A program made the position numbers and the translations under genes. The notes under the pieces are model-generated. The model worked only from the letters and a program-made list of their open reading frames with translations. It searched no databases and had not been told where the DNA came from. Positions 26,202-39,400 of a stretch of DNA of 64,000 bases are shown one piece after another. The DNA lies in contig NC_086097.1 in assembly GCF_963921235.1 (NCBI RefSeq), positions 56,174,001-56,238,000 on the forward strand. The letters are read 5' to 3'. The DNA comes from Mobula hypostoma (taxonomy: Eukaryota). Every line of letters starts with the position of its first letter. Position 1 is the stretch's first letter.

Positions 26202-26342
26202 CTGAAGTCTTATTTCAAAAATGTTTTGAATAAGTTTGGCCATCACATTCTCTGGGCTACTGAAGACTTCTCGAACTTCTTTGTTTACTCGTTGGCATAA
26301 CGTAGCTGTATCTTCAAATAGATCATTCCTGAAATACGAACC
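26202..26342 (-). CDS. EXOC5: EXOC5 exon 9 (GSYFRNDLFEDTATLCQRVNKEVREVFSSPENVMAKLIQNIFEIRLQ)
   Basis: Inside ORF 26166-26357; AAG| and |GTAATG; 141 nt. Confidence 0.94.
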
Positions 26343-26527
26343 CTTCATATAAAACATTTTAATTATATTTCAAATAATGGAATCCACTGGATTAAGATAT
26401 TACAGAGGAGAAGACAGCAGTAAAAGAATACATTATAGGCATCATATCCTCAGCATTAGATGGATTAGTAGAAGGAAACAAAATTTCATGAAAGGTAGAC
26501 CACAGCAAGACAGATTACAGCATTTAC

Positions 26528-26572
26528 CTCCTGGCATTGTTTTATATACACATCCACACAGTGAGAATAACC
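26528..26572 (-). CDS. EXOC5: EXOC5 exon 8 (GYSHCVDVYIKQCQE)
   Basis: TTTTCCAG| and |GTAAAT; 45 nt. Confidence 0.95.
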
Positions 26573-26881
26573 CTGGAAAAGAGAAAATATGTTCAATATT
26601 AACAAAAAAAATCAGAATGATTAAACAAGACATCAGTTTAAAAAGGACCTTCGTTCTTCTATTAAAAATACACTATTCTTGGGTCTATAACTGGAATGGC
26701 TTCCTAAATGAAAACCACATTCAGAGATTGGAAGTATAAACTTGAAATACTGAAATCAGATAATATGTTCATCTTACTACATGCTGCTCATTGGGGAGTT
26801 TATAGTATTGATTTATTTTATATTTGCAGTACCTACATCACTTTATCTTTTTGAAGGGAAAAGTATGACAGAAAACGCACA

Positions 26882-27445
26882 ACATAGAAACATAGAAAAC
26901 CTACAGCACAATACAGGCCCTTCGGCCCACAGAGTTGTGCCGAACATGTCCCTACCTTAGAAATTACTAGAGTTACCGATAGCCCTCTATTTTCCTAAGC
27001 TCCATGTACCTATCTAAAAGTCTCTTAAAAGACCCTATCGTATCCGCCTCTACCACTGTTGCCGGCAGCCCATTCCACGCACTCACCACTCTCTGAGTAA
27101 AAAACTTAACCCTGACATCGCCTCTGTACCTACTCCCCAGCACCTTAAACCTGTGTCCTCTTGTGGCAACCATTTCAGCCCTGGGAAAAAGCCTCTGACT
27201 ATCCACACAATCAATGCCTCTCATCATCTTATACACCTCTATCAGGTCACTTCTCATCCTCCGTCACTCCAAGGAGAAAAGGCCGAGTTCACTCAACCTA
27301 TTCTCATAAGGCATGCTCCCCAATCCAGGCAACATCCTTGTTAATCTCCACTGCACCCTTTCTATGGTTTCAACATCCTTCCCGTAGTGAGGCGACCAGA
27401 ACTGAGCACAGTTCTCCAAATGGGGTCTGACCAGGGTCCTATACA
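26882..27445 (-). mobile_element. CR1 3' end with short CTATGTTT-type tail
   Basis: ORFs 26973-27257 and 27264-27503 (LYRTLVRPHLENCAQFWSP). Confidence 0.9.
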
Positions 27446-27494
27446 ATGGATAATCATGGAGGCATTTGCTCAAATCAAAACTGGAGAAAACCAA

Positions 27495-28470
27495 AACTGA
27501 CAATCAACACTGGCGCATCACAGGGATGTGTGCTCAGCTCACTACTCTACTCTCTCTACAGCCACGACTGTTGGCTAGGCACAGCTCAAATGCCATCTAT
27601 AAATTTGCCAATAACATAACATAATTTCAGATGGTGACGATAGGGTGTACAGAAGCAAGATGTATCAGTTAGTTGAGTTACGTTGCAGCAGCAACCTTGC
27701 ACTCAACGTCATCAGGACCAAAGAGCTGATTGTGGACTTCAGGAAAGGTAGACGAGGGAACACATACCAATCATCAGAAGGATCAGAAGTGGAGAGAGTG
27801 AGCAATTTCAAGTTCCTGGGTGTAAATATCTCTAAGGATCTAACCTGCAGCTATAAAGGAGGCAATACAGTGGCTATATTTCATTAGGAGTTTGAGGAGA
27901 TTTGGTTTGTCAACTAAATACTTGAAAACTTCTACAAATGTACTGTGGAGAGCAGTTTGACGGGTTGCATCACCATCTGGTATGGGTGGGGTGGGTACTG
28001 CATAATATCAAAATAAGTTGCAGAAACTTGTAAAATTAGTCAGCTCTATCAGGGGTATCAGCCTCCATAGTAGCCAAGGCGTCTTCACTGAGCGGTGCCT
28101 TAGGAAGGCAGGGCCCATCATTAAGGATCCCCACCCCCCAGGACATGTCCTTTTCACACTGTCACCATCAGGAAGGAGGTACAGAAGCCTGAAGGCACAC
28201 ACTCAGTGATTCAGGAACAGCTTCTTCCTCTCTGCCATCCGATTTCTGAATGGACATTTTACCCATGAACACCACCTCACTACTTTTTTTTATTTCTGTT
28301 TTATTGCAGTACTTATTTTAACTTGACTATTTAATAGACATCTATATATATACTTCATGTAGCTGTTGTTTTCCCTATATTTATTTATCATGTATTTCAT
28401 TGTACTGCTGCCATAGAGTTAACACATTTCATGACATATGCCGGTGATACTAAATATGATTCTGAATTCT
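27495..28470 (+). mobile_element. Rex1/Babar-like LINE RT C-terminus and 3' UTR
   Basis: NLALNVIRTKELIVDFRK, FKFLGVNIS, PSGRRYRSL. Confidence 0.85.
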
Positions 28471-30440
28471 GCATATGAAAGACAGTGAAGTTCATATTTT
28501 TTGCATGTTGAAGTTTCATATGATGTTTTATCAGTGAGAATCTGGAATCAGTGAAGGGAAAACAAATGAACAGATTTAATTAAATGAGAAATATGAAATA
28601 ATTGAGTTTGCAGTTGACAAGATATAAAGAGATATAGAAAATGTGATCAGAGGGTCAGAGATCCAGAAAATATAACTGCAGAAGCATAACAAGGATTTAC
28701 TTTAATGCACCACCAGTGAGGGAGAATTCAGGGAATTGAAAATATACAAAACATTGGAAACTAAAGGAGGAAGACAAAGCAATTACTCCCCCTAAAGAGG
28801 AACACCTTTGCAAATTTGATGACATAATGAAAAATGATGAAAAACAATATTTTGCATAAGACAATAAAATGTCACAAGATGTATTACAACCATGTTACCA
28901 CACAAAATTTTAACTATTGCGGCTAGAAATTTTAAGGAAGCTAATCAAATGCTTGGCCAAAGTGAGATATTTAAGGGGAATTTTGGAGGAAAGGAAACGC
29001 CTATGACAACTGGAGACAATCAATGTTACTGTAAATAAATAACCATTGAAGAACCGGAAGGCACAGAAGATCTCATATAAAGCCAGAGGAGATCAGTGAT
29101 AGGGACAAGGTGGAGCCAGAGTGAGAATTGAAAATAAGGATGAGGAAACAGATGATTGCTCTAACTAAGAGCCAATACAGGTCAGTGAGTGAATCTTAGG
29201 TAAGTAGGATCTAATAAAAGTAAGATTCAAGCAGCAAATGTTTAGAGGGTAAAATGAAGGGAGGCCAGTCAGGAATGTGCTAACGTAGTCAATTCTAGAA
29301 GTAAGACATAGACATGACTATTGGGAGACAAAATAAGGCAAGGATAGAGTTGTGCAATGTTACAGATGTAAAAACAGAAATAGACAATATTAGTAGTGGA
29401 ACAAATCCATGGCTGAAACTACTCTCTAATAAGGCTGCAACAACCTGGATCAATTTTAGACTATTCCCAGCAAGAAAAAACTGATACAGTTGTTAGGCCT
29501 TGATCCTAATTAAAATGACTCATATGTTTGTGCCATCACATACAAAGATACTCATCTACTGTGTTGTATCAAGTTGTGCAGTGAGTAATCCTCAAAAATA
29601 TAATGGTACCTCATCTGTGAAGCAAATAATACTTTCCATTGAATTGTAAGTGAAGGATAAGTGGTGATGAGGGTATTGTGACTCTACCACGGAATTAAAA
29701 ATAGATTCAATGAATCAGCAAAAATTTAGCAAACGGGGTTTAATGCTGGAAAGTGTGAGGTCCTGTACTTCAGTAAGAATGCTGTAGGAAAAAAGATCAA
29801 GGCATTTTTGTGCACAGATTACAAGGTTAGCAGCAAATGGTTCAGAGGACAAATGGCAAATTGACCTTTATCGAAAAAAACAGCAATCTAGAAATTGGTA
29901 AGTTTGCTACTATTTTATGTATCTGCAGTAAAGGGCAAAGTTTTGGTATCCTTACCCAAGAAAGAATAGTCGGAAGCAGTCCATACAAGATTCAGTAGGT
30001 TATTTGCTAGGATGAGATGGTATTACTATCAGAAGGCTAAACTGTTGGCTCCTTATTCTTAGAAGTTTAGAAGAATGAATCAATACAAGTTGTGATGCAT
30101 ACATTGCTTGAAGGGAGCATGGTAGGCCAGAAGTTGAGAGGATTTGACTAGTGGGAAAATCTTATAAGCTTTTGCCTGTTTATTCAAACTACCCATAGTC
30201 CAAAAGCATACATGACGGTGCAGATTGAGGGACCACAACACATATTTTGAAGATCTGAACATATTAATTACAGAATCAAGTATGATCTTAACTAAACGTT
30301 TTTAACAATGAAGCAGATTCACGTTGAGCCAAGAAAAGCAATATTCAAGAATTGCGTATTTTAGTAATTTCAATATTGAGAAATCTGAACTTGAAATATT
30401 TTAAACTATGTTTATTAATAGCAAAACAGAAAATGAATAC

Positions 30441-30550
30441 CTTAAAATGGAGTAAAACTGCTGCAACCTCATGCATCCTGGAAATTTCATTTCTCCTCTG
30501 TGCATTTGTAAATTCCTGAATCAACTGTAATTCCAGGTCATGATATTTAC
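30441..30550 (-). CDS. EXOC5: EXOC5 exon 7 (SKYHDLELQLIQEFTNAQRRNEISRMHEVAAVLLHFK)
   Basis: Inside ORF 30345-30575; CTAG| and |GTATTC; 110 nt. Confidence 0.95.
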
Positions 30551-30649
30551 CTAGTGATAACATAGTCAGTGTCATACAACATGGAAACAGAAAGGACCCA
30601 CCCAGATTGACCCTACATTAATGCTTTTTTATTCCCTGTATATTCTAAT

Positions 30650-30885
30650 CAACTCTTGTCTAGATTTTACACTCAGCTATACACACTAGACACAATTTAC
30701 AGTGGACATTTAATCTCCCAACCCACACATCTGTAGAATATGAGAGGAAACTGAAGCATTTGGATGAAACTCATATCATCACAGGGAGAGCATGCAAATT
30801 CTACACATTATCAACAGCAGTCAGAACCAAAGCCACATTTCTAGAACTAAGGTAACAGTTCTACTAGATGTACCACAGTGCTGTC
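30650..30885 (-). repeat. Degraded V-SINE-like element
   Basis: GAGGAAACTGAAGCA...CACAGGGAGAGCATGCAAATTCTACAC core. Confidence 0.55.
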
Positions 30886-31313
30886 AAAAGTACATTAATT
30901 TGCAGCATATCACGTGGTAGGAATGAACTGGGTGGGAGGCTAGGATGGAAGGCCAGTGGTTGATGGCACTGTGCTATTGCTAACATAATTCTTTATTTAG
31001 TTTATTGCAAGACAGTAACTACAAGATTCAAATGCAACTTTATTTTAAGATGGCAATTTTCCTGTCATTCTCAGAATACAAAATTTTGATCAACTAATGT
31101 GGTACAAAGAACATTTGAAAATTTAATCCATTTTGCAACTCTTAGATATTCTCCAACTTTTCACCAACATGCCAGTGAAGCACTTATCCATCGAAAGTTA
31201 ATATTCCATCAATACAATATTCATTAACCCTGTCAGAGTTTCAGCATCTAAACTGCTTTTGAAGGGAGCTTTCCTGCTATTGCATTCTAACAGAATTAAT
31301 TACAAGCACTCAC

Positions 31314-31342
31314 TTGCAATTTTTGATTTCACCTCAGCAAAC
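31314..31342 (-). CDS. EXOC5: EXOC5 exon 6, 29-nt micro-exon (RFAEVKSKIA)
   Basis: CCTTAG| and |GTGAGT; phases join exons 5 and 7 in frame. Confidence 0.93.
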
Positions 31343-31801
31343 CTAAGGACATAGAGAAAAAGAAATACTTCCTTATAAAGCATCCACTGTCACATTTTAA
31401 TGTTTAATAAATACCAAACACAAAATATTTATTAACAAATGCCTGACAAAATCATTTATTAATACATAAAAATTTAATTATCAAGAACTGGGCAGTGAAA
31501 AATAGATTGACAATAGATTTCCACATCCATAATCAGTGCTTTTTGAAACTTTCAAGGTCTCACCAGTTCAACAGTCACACGCTCAATGCATTGCATTTAT
31601 TGCACTGTCCTGAGAACAGCTTATGAAAAATGGAAGAGAAAACAGCAGGCAATTAACCTGCAGGGTTACTTGGCCAACATGATTTTTTAAGAAAAGCTGC
31701 TTGTTTTATCAGATTCAAATTAAGTCACCACTTATTTATTTCAGATACACCTGACAGTTGAAAATTAAAGACTATCTTTCTAATTTGAATGTTTGCCTCA
31801 C

Positions 31802-31866
31802 CTATCAAATGGCAGCTCTTGAGCAATGAGATGCAACTTCTGAATGATATCAGCTGCCTCCTTAAT
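31802..31866 (-). CDS. EXOC5: EXOC5 exon 5 (IKEAADIIQKLHLIAQELPFD)
   Basis: CCCAG| and |GTGAGG; 65 nt. Confidence 0.95.
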
Positions 31867-32825
31867 CTGGGAAAAAAACAATGTTAACTTGTTTTTTTTT
31901 AAAATGTGGAAGAAGGTTAGTTTCGTTCAAGAATGACATATACAATGGTTCAAAGTAGTTCACCAACACTTTCTCATGGGTAGTTAGGAATGAACAATTA
32001 ACTTAAGTCTTGTCAATGAGACCCACAACCCATTATTAAACTGTGAAATTGGCTTATTAAATTTAAGGAACCATTTCATTCCATCAGAAATTGAATTTGG
32101 AATAGTGAAGAAAATAATAATGCAATTTTATCTATTGTAAAACAGAGGTTAAAAACAAAACAAAAAGATTGAAAAACAGCCTTCATTTTTGGACAAATAC
32201 AATGCAAAATCCTATTCAATATTCTCCTCAAACCAGCCTTTTTGAGGTTACATAACATTAGCACCCAAGTATGCCAGAATGTAGAGATGAGAAGCAGATT
32301 ACTACACCAATGCAACATAATTAGTCACCTGCACTATATGGTTCCCCAGTGCTGTATCATCTGAAATATATTATAATAGTACTATATTATCTCAATTTAC
32401 CATACAACTTCAAAATGCCGTTTTCAAGATTCGGAAAGAGCTATATATAACCAACATTTAAGAAACCTCAGTGGTTGTTACATTAACATCTTTTTAGTAG
32501 TCTGCATCCATGTACACACCCTACTACTTCCTGCCGGTCCTCATCCCACTAACAGCCTTAAGGTTTTGAGCAAATATAAGCAATGAATATTCCCAAGAAG
32601 GATTAATAAAAACATAATCCAACAAAGTGCAACAAAACTCCTAATAAGATCATGTTTGGGACAAGATATACGTGAACAGCTGAAACTACTTAAATCTGCA
32701 ATAACTGATATGATCTCATTAGGGCTTTAAGTGCAAGGATGAGTGAAAACTGTATCGTTACATGATAACGCGTCACTATGTAAGGATGGCAGAATTACTA
32801 CAAAACACTTGTTGATATCCATGTT

Positions 32826-33395
32826 AAACACAAGAGATTCTGCAGATGCAACACACACAAAATTCTGCAGGAACTCAGCAAGTCAGGTAACATATGGAGG
32901 GGAATAAACAGTCAACATTTTGGGCTAAGATCCTTCATCAGGAATGGAAAGCAAGGAGCAGAAGCCAGATTTAAAAGTGAAGTGAGGGGGAGTAGTACAA
33001 GCTAGTGATAGGTGAGATCATGTGAGAACGAAATTGGGGTGTTGGTGGGGAGGAAGCAAGAAGTAGGAAGCTGGGAGGGGATAGGTGGAAGAGGTATAGG
33101 GCAAAAGAAGAAGGAATCTAGTAAGATAGTGGACCGTGGAAGAAAGGGAAGGATGAAGGGAACTATGGGGATGGTGAGAAGAAGAGAAGGGGTGAGAGGA
33201 TAACCAGAATGAGGAATAGAAAGAGTGGATGGGGAAGAGAAATTACCAATAGTTAGAGAAACTGATGTCAATGCAATTAGGTTGGAGGCTTGTCTGTCCA
33301 GGACTTCCTCCACTGCCATGATGAGGCCAAACTCAGGTTGGAAGCGCAATACTTTATGTTCCATATAGGCATCCTTCAAAACATTGATTTCTTTA
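32826..33395 (-). mobile_element. Penelope-like element 3' fragment with inverted GIY-YIG C-terminal remnant
   Basis: Family tail plus degenerate hammerhead 32909-32945; pyrimidine-rich 3' UTR on minus strand; plus-strand 33308-33380 reads LHCHDEAKLRLEAQYFMFHIGILQ. Confidence 0.65.
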
Positions 33396-33625
33396 GAAAT
33401 ATTTAAAGTCAAGATATATAAATATTTGAAAAACCGAGAAACTGTGGCTCCGGAGAACTGACAATAAAGAGAGTTGTGATCAGCCATGTTCATACTGAAT
33501 GGCAGGGCAGGTTTGAGAGAGAGTGGCCTACTCCCGCTCCAATTTTCTTGTGTTTTCCGATCTTCATCCTTGCAAATATTAAGCCAATAGCCAATATCCA
33601 CTTTTATCCTATTGGCAGGACCTAC

Positions 33626-33820
33626 CTTTTCTGGGTTTGTAAAAATATCAGACTTCAACTCTCCATCCAGAAACTCATTAAAATACTTCATCAGTTTCTG
33701 CGCTTCTACAGCCCGTTGCCTTGGTGTATTTACCCCCTCCAGTTGGTCTCCAAGGTGACAAACCTTTGTTGCAACATAACTGATATGTTCATCCAGCTCC
33801 TGGAAATGCTGAAAAGCAAT
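33626..33820 (-). CDS. EXOC5: EXOC5 exon 4 (IAFQHFQELDEH...MKYFNEFLDGELKSDIFTNPEK)
   Basis: TAG| and |GTAGGT; 195 nt, phase 0 at both ends. Confidence 0.96.
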
Positions 33821-34514
33821 CTATAGGGGTAAAAAAAAAGAGAAGTATGCACTACATAATTTACTTTTAATAATAAAGATACTAATTTCTGTGTATTTAG
33901 CTCCAGTGGTCAGTGAGAAACAAATAGCTTAAATTATCAGATTTATCCATTCAGAAACAACAAAAATACCATTCTACCAACTTTTCCTGGACTATTTTCA
34001 TTAAATATCATTGCTATCTCTGCTGGCAAATAGTTTAATGTTTCAAAGCTTTAAAAAAGTCTTCACCCTGATCTTGGCATTTTTACTCATCTCCAAATGT
34101 TATACAAGTCTAATAAAACACATATTCTGTTGCCACTTTCAATGTTTATTCTAAATGTTATTCAACATGAAAACCATTAACTCACCAGCTAAGGGTAGAT
34201 GATAATAAGATGTTTTTTTCATTAAACCACGTTTGACCATGAGACTTTAGAGTCTGGAGTTAATATTGATGACTGTAAGGGCTACTCTCATTTAAGGTAA
34301 ATTTGTCCTATCGGTGGTACCCAGATATTTTGATAAAGGAGTCTGGCATAAGGTATAATAAGGTATAATTCTGAGAGACTGTTAAGTGACTAACCTAATG
34401 GAACTTCTTTGCTAAATTAGAGATTTGTCACCATTTATTGGCTGGGAATACTGCACGAAGTCTTCTGAGCTGAGGATGACTTCGCTATATCTGAAGGTAA
34501 AGCTTATGTCAATT

Positions 34515-35812
34515 AGACAATAGACAATAGGTGCAGGAATAGGCCATTCGGCCCTTCAAGTCAGCACCGCCATTCACTGTGATCATGGTTGATCATCCAC
34601 AATCAGTATTCAGTTCCTGCCTTATCCCCATAACCTTTGATTCCACTATCTTTAAGAGCTCGATCCATCTCTTTCTTGAAAGCATCCAGAAACTTGGCCT
34701 CCACAGCCTTCTGGGGCAGAGCATTCCATATATCCACCACTCTCTAGGTGAAAAAGCTTTTCCTCAACTCCGTTCTAAACGGCCTACCCCTTATTCAACT
34801 GTGGCCTCTGGTTCTGGACTCACCCATCAGCGGGAACATGCTTCCTGCCTCCAGCATGTCCAATCCCTTAATAATCTTGTATGTTTCAATAAGATCCCCT
34901 CTCAGCCTTCTAAATTCCAGAGTATACAAGCCCAGTCACTCCAATCTTTCGACATATGACAGTCCCACCATCCCAGGAATTAACCTTGTGAACCTACGCT
35001 GCACTCCCTCAATAGCAAGAATGTCCTTCCTCAAATTTGGAGACCAAACCTGCACACAGTACTCCAGGTGTGGTCTCACCAGGGCCCTGTACAGCTGCAG
35101 AAGGACTTCTTTGCTCCTATACTCAATTCCCCTTGTTATGAAGGCCAGCATGCCTTTAGCTTCCTTCACTGCCTGCTGTACTTGCATGCTTGCTTTCAGT
35201 GACTGATATACAAGAACACCTAGATCTTGTTGTACTTCCCCTTGTCCTAACTTGACTCCATTTAGATAATAATTTGCCTTCCTGTTCTTACCACCAAAGT
35301 GGATAACCTCTCATTTATCCACATTAAACTGCATCAGCCATGCATCTGCCCACTCACCCAGCCTGTCCAAGTCATCCTGCATTATCTCAACATCCTCCTC
35401 ACATTTCACACTGCCACCCAGCTTTGTGTCATTGGCAAATTTGCTAATGTTACTTTTAATTCCCTCATCTAAATCATTAATATATATTGCAAACAGCTGC
35501 GGTACCCCACTGGTCACCGCCTGCCATTCTGAAAGGGACCCGTTAATCGCTACTCTTTGTTTTCTGTCAGCCAACCAATTTTCAATCCATGTCAGTACTC
35601 TGTCCCCAATACCATGTGCCTTAATTTTGCCCACTAATCTCCTATGTGGGACTTTATCAAAGGCTTTCTGAAAGTCCAGGTACACTACATCTACTTGTCC
35701 ATTTTCATAGTTATATCCTCAAAAAATTCCACAAGATTAGTCAAGCACAATTTCCCCTTCATAAATCCATGCTGACTCGGACCGATCCTGTTACTGCTAT
35801 CCAGATGTGAAC
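34515..35812 (-). mobile_element. CR1 LINE RT to 3' end with CTATTGT-type tail
   Basis: YLDFQKAFDKVPHRRL, LYRALVRPHLEYCVQVWSP. Confidence 0.92.
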
Positions 35813-37344
35813 CATCCATTTTTATCCTCTGTTTGAATATAATGCTAATGAGGCAATGGACAGGATTGTTAAACCACTCCAGAGGTTTATTCAGAGTCAA
35901 TCACACAAATCTGGATACAGCATAGGCAGATTAGGTAAGAAAGACAGATTTCCAGCCCTGAAAGAGGTCAGTGAGGCAGATGAATTTTCATAACAACTTT
36001 TATTCATTGCAGCAGAGACTTGATGTTAGTTTTATGAAGTGTGAGATTTTTAACCATATTTAAATTCATTAGATCCCTTTGTATTGATGGTCCAGGTCAC
36101 TGGATTACCACACTACATCTTAAACTCTATGGCATATCCACAGGCTTTGCGGCTTGACCCGCAGCAGCTCACAATCTACATCAATGATTTGTTTGAGGGA
36201 ATGTATGTAATCTCTTGCAAATTTAGAGGACGATACAGAAAGACTGCTGGTAGATGTGGATGTCAGAGTCAAATAGGGATGTGGGAAATGGAACACAATG
36301 TGGAAAAACTTGATGTTATCTACAATGGTAGAAAAAGACAAAGAATACTTTTCAAATGAGTGCTAGTGTTCAGATGGACCTAGGTCTGCTCATGCATAAT
36401 TTATTAGAAGTTAATGTGCAGTACAGTATCTTTGTAAGAGTATTTGAGTGCAAAATAGAGACCTCATGCTCTAATTAAATATGGCCATGGCGACACACAT
36501 CTGGAAATGGTATACAAGTTTGGTCTCCCTCAGGAAGCATGTGTTTGCATTGGAGAGAATGCAGCAAAGCTTCACTAATATTAGATGTGAAATAACAATT
36601 GCATGAAAGGATTCCAAGTTTCATTTCTTTGCAACCGAGATATTACACCAGAGATCAGGTGTGAAAATTTATAAGATTTGCAGAGTGAAAAAAATTAATT
36701 TTATATTTTGTTAATATAAACTAAAAGTAAAAATTGTGACTAATCTTAAGTAATCCTCTGAAGTACAATTAAGCTTTTTCTATACCATTAATAACTTCTT
36801 ATGTATAGATAACTGAGCTTTAAATTCACTGGGAGAGACAGCTTTCAAATCATTAAACATTCAACTGGCTTATTCACAACTCAAAAGAACTCGGTCATTG
36901 TAAGAGTTAACTGCAGTCTAGTTTTCAACTATTATTAATAGATAACAAATGTAAATGTTCAGTACTGTAACAAACATTCCCTTCTCAATTCCCTTCTTTA
37001 ACCATATTACATTTTGTACAGGTTCAAAATTAGTAAAACATTGGGCAGACTCATCATATGTTACTTTTTATATTCACAGACAAATTCTAGATTGTGCATG
37101 GCCCACACCTGAAATGTGGATTTCTTGCATGATTCTATTTGAGAGTCTGCAACCATCATGTTGACTTGTGTCCCTTACCTTCACACATATCGGCAACACC
37201 AAACTGAAGGCAAAGAAGCAAAGTAATTGGATGAAAATTATCTATGTTCAAAGTCTATTTATTATCAAAGTATGTACACATTATACAACCTTGAGATTCA
37301 TTTAACAGGCAGCCACGAAACAAAGAAACACAAAAACAAATCCA

Positions 37345-39285
37345 CATAGTCATAGTCATACTTTATTGATCCCGGGGGAAATTGGTTTTCGTTACAGTTG
37401 CACCATAAATAATTAAATAGTAATAAAACCATAAATAGTTAAATAGTAATATGTAAATTATGCCAGGAAATAAGTCCAGGACCAGCCTATTGGCTCAGGG
37501 TGTCTGACCCTCCAAGGGAGGAGTTCTAAAGTTTGATGGCCACAGGCAGGAATGACTTCCTATGACACTCAGTGTTGCATCTCAGTGGAATGAGTCTCTG
37601 GCTGAATGTACTCCTGTGCCCAACCAGTACATTATGTAGTGGATGGGAGACATTGTCGTGGATGGGAGACATTGTCCAAGATGGTATGCAACTTGGACAG
37701 CATCCTCTTTTCAGACACCACCATCAGAGAGTCCAGTTCCATCCCCACAACATCACTGGCCTTACGAATGAATTGGTTGATTCTGTTGGCGTCTGTTACC
37801 CTCAGCCTGCTGCCCCAGCACGCAACAGCAAACATAATCGCAGTGGCCACCACTGACTCGTAGAACATCCTCAGCATCGTCCGGCAGATGTTAAAGGACC
37901 TCAGCCTTCCCAGGAAATAGAGACGGCTCTGACCCTTCTTGTAGACAGCCTCAGTGTTCTTTGACCAGTCCAGTTTATTGTCAATTCGTATCCCCAGGTA
38001 TTTGTAAACCTCCACCACGTCCACACTGACCCCCTGGATGGAAACAGGGGTCACCGGTACCTTAGCTCTCCTCAGGTCTACCACCAGCTCCTTAGTCTTT
38101 TTCACTTTAAGCTGCAGATAATTCTGCTCACACCATGTGACAAAGTTTCCTACCGTAGCCCTGTACTCAGCCTCATCTCCCTTGCTGATGCATCCAACTA
38201 TGACAGAGTCATCAGAAAACTTCTGAAGATGCAAGACTCTGTGCAGTAGTTGAAGTCCGAGGTGTAAATGGTGAAGAGAAAGGGAGACCAGACAATCCCC
38301 TGTGGAGCCCCAGTGCTGCTGATCACCCTGTCAGACACACAGTGTTGCAAGCACACATACTGTGGTCTGCCAGTCAGGTAATCAAGAATCCATGATACCA
38401 GGAAAGCATCCACCTGCATCGCTGTCAGCTTCTCCCCAGCAGAGCAGAGCGGATGGTGTTGAACGCACTGGAGAAGTCAAAAAACATGACCTTCACAGTG
38501 CTCACTGGCTTATCCAGGTGGGCGTAGACGGTTCAGCAGGAAGACGATGGCATCCTCAACTCCCAGTTGGGGCTGGTAGGCGAACTGGAGGGGATCTAAG
38601 TGTGACCTGACCATAGGCCGGAGCAGCTCCAGAATAAGTCTCTCCAGGGTCTTCATGATGTGGGGGTCTGTAGTCGTTGAGGCCGCTGGGGCGCGGCGTC
38701 TTCAGCACAGGGACGAGGCAGGACGTCTTCCACAGCACAGGAACCCTCCGGAGCCTCAGGCTCAGGTTGAAGACATTGCGAAGTACTCCACATAGCTGAG
38801 GGGCACAGGCTTTGAGCACCCTGGTACTGACACCATCCGGTCCTGCAGCCTTGCTTGGGTCGAGACATTTCAGCTGTCTTCTCACCTGTTCAGCTGTGAA
38901 GCCCACCGTGGTTGTTTCGTGTGGGGAAGAGGTATAGTCATGAGAGCAGGGTGGGGGACTGTGAGGAGGGGTAGGAGGGGAGAGTGGAATATGTGTTGGT
39001 TGGGGGCCGACAACAGATGGCTCACGAAGGGGATGAGCAGGGGTCACAGTGTCAAATCTGTTAAAGAACAGGTTAAGTTCGTTGGCCCTGTCCACACTGC
39101 CTTCAGCTCCTCTGTTGCTAGTTTGCCGGAACCCAGTGATGGTCCTCATCCCACTCCAGACCTCTCTCATGTTGTTTTGCTGGAGTTTCCACTCAAGCTT
39201 CCTCCTGTACCTGTCTTTAGTCTCCCTGATCCTAGCCTTCAGGTCCCTCTGTATTGCCCTCAGCTCCTCCTTATTTCCATCTGTA
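37345..39285 (-). mobile_element. Rex1/Babar non-LTR retrotransposon, 5'-truncated, relatively young
   Basis: KAAGPDGVS, GAPQG, LQKFSDDS, KTKELVVDLRR, SRLYFL; GACTAT repeat tail at 37345-37360; 19-bp tandem duplication 37639-37676. Confidence 0.92.
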
Positions 39286-39293
39286 TACTGTAT

Positions 39294-39400
39294 ACAGTTG
39301 CAAGAAAAAGTTTGCAAATCCTTTGCAATTAGCCGGTTTTCTGCATTACTCATAAAAATGTAGTCAGATCTTCATCTAAGTCATGATGATAGACAAACAT
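39294..39400 (+). mobile_element. Tc1/mariner terminal inverted repeat fragment
   Basis: TA|CAGTTGCAAGAAAAAGT, same end as 50909. Confidence 0.75.

Noticed and set aside
30431..30440. Possible U12-type donor after exon 7 (GTATTCATTT)
   Set aside because: Does not match GTATCCTT, and no TCCTTAAC branch site was seen before exon 8.
33002..33625. 229-aa ORF 33002-33691 as an extended EXOC5 exon or new protein
   Set aside because: Only the first 22 aa belong to exon 4; the rest runs through a GT donor into CR1 and Penelope repeat sequence.
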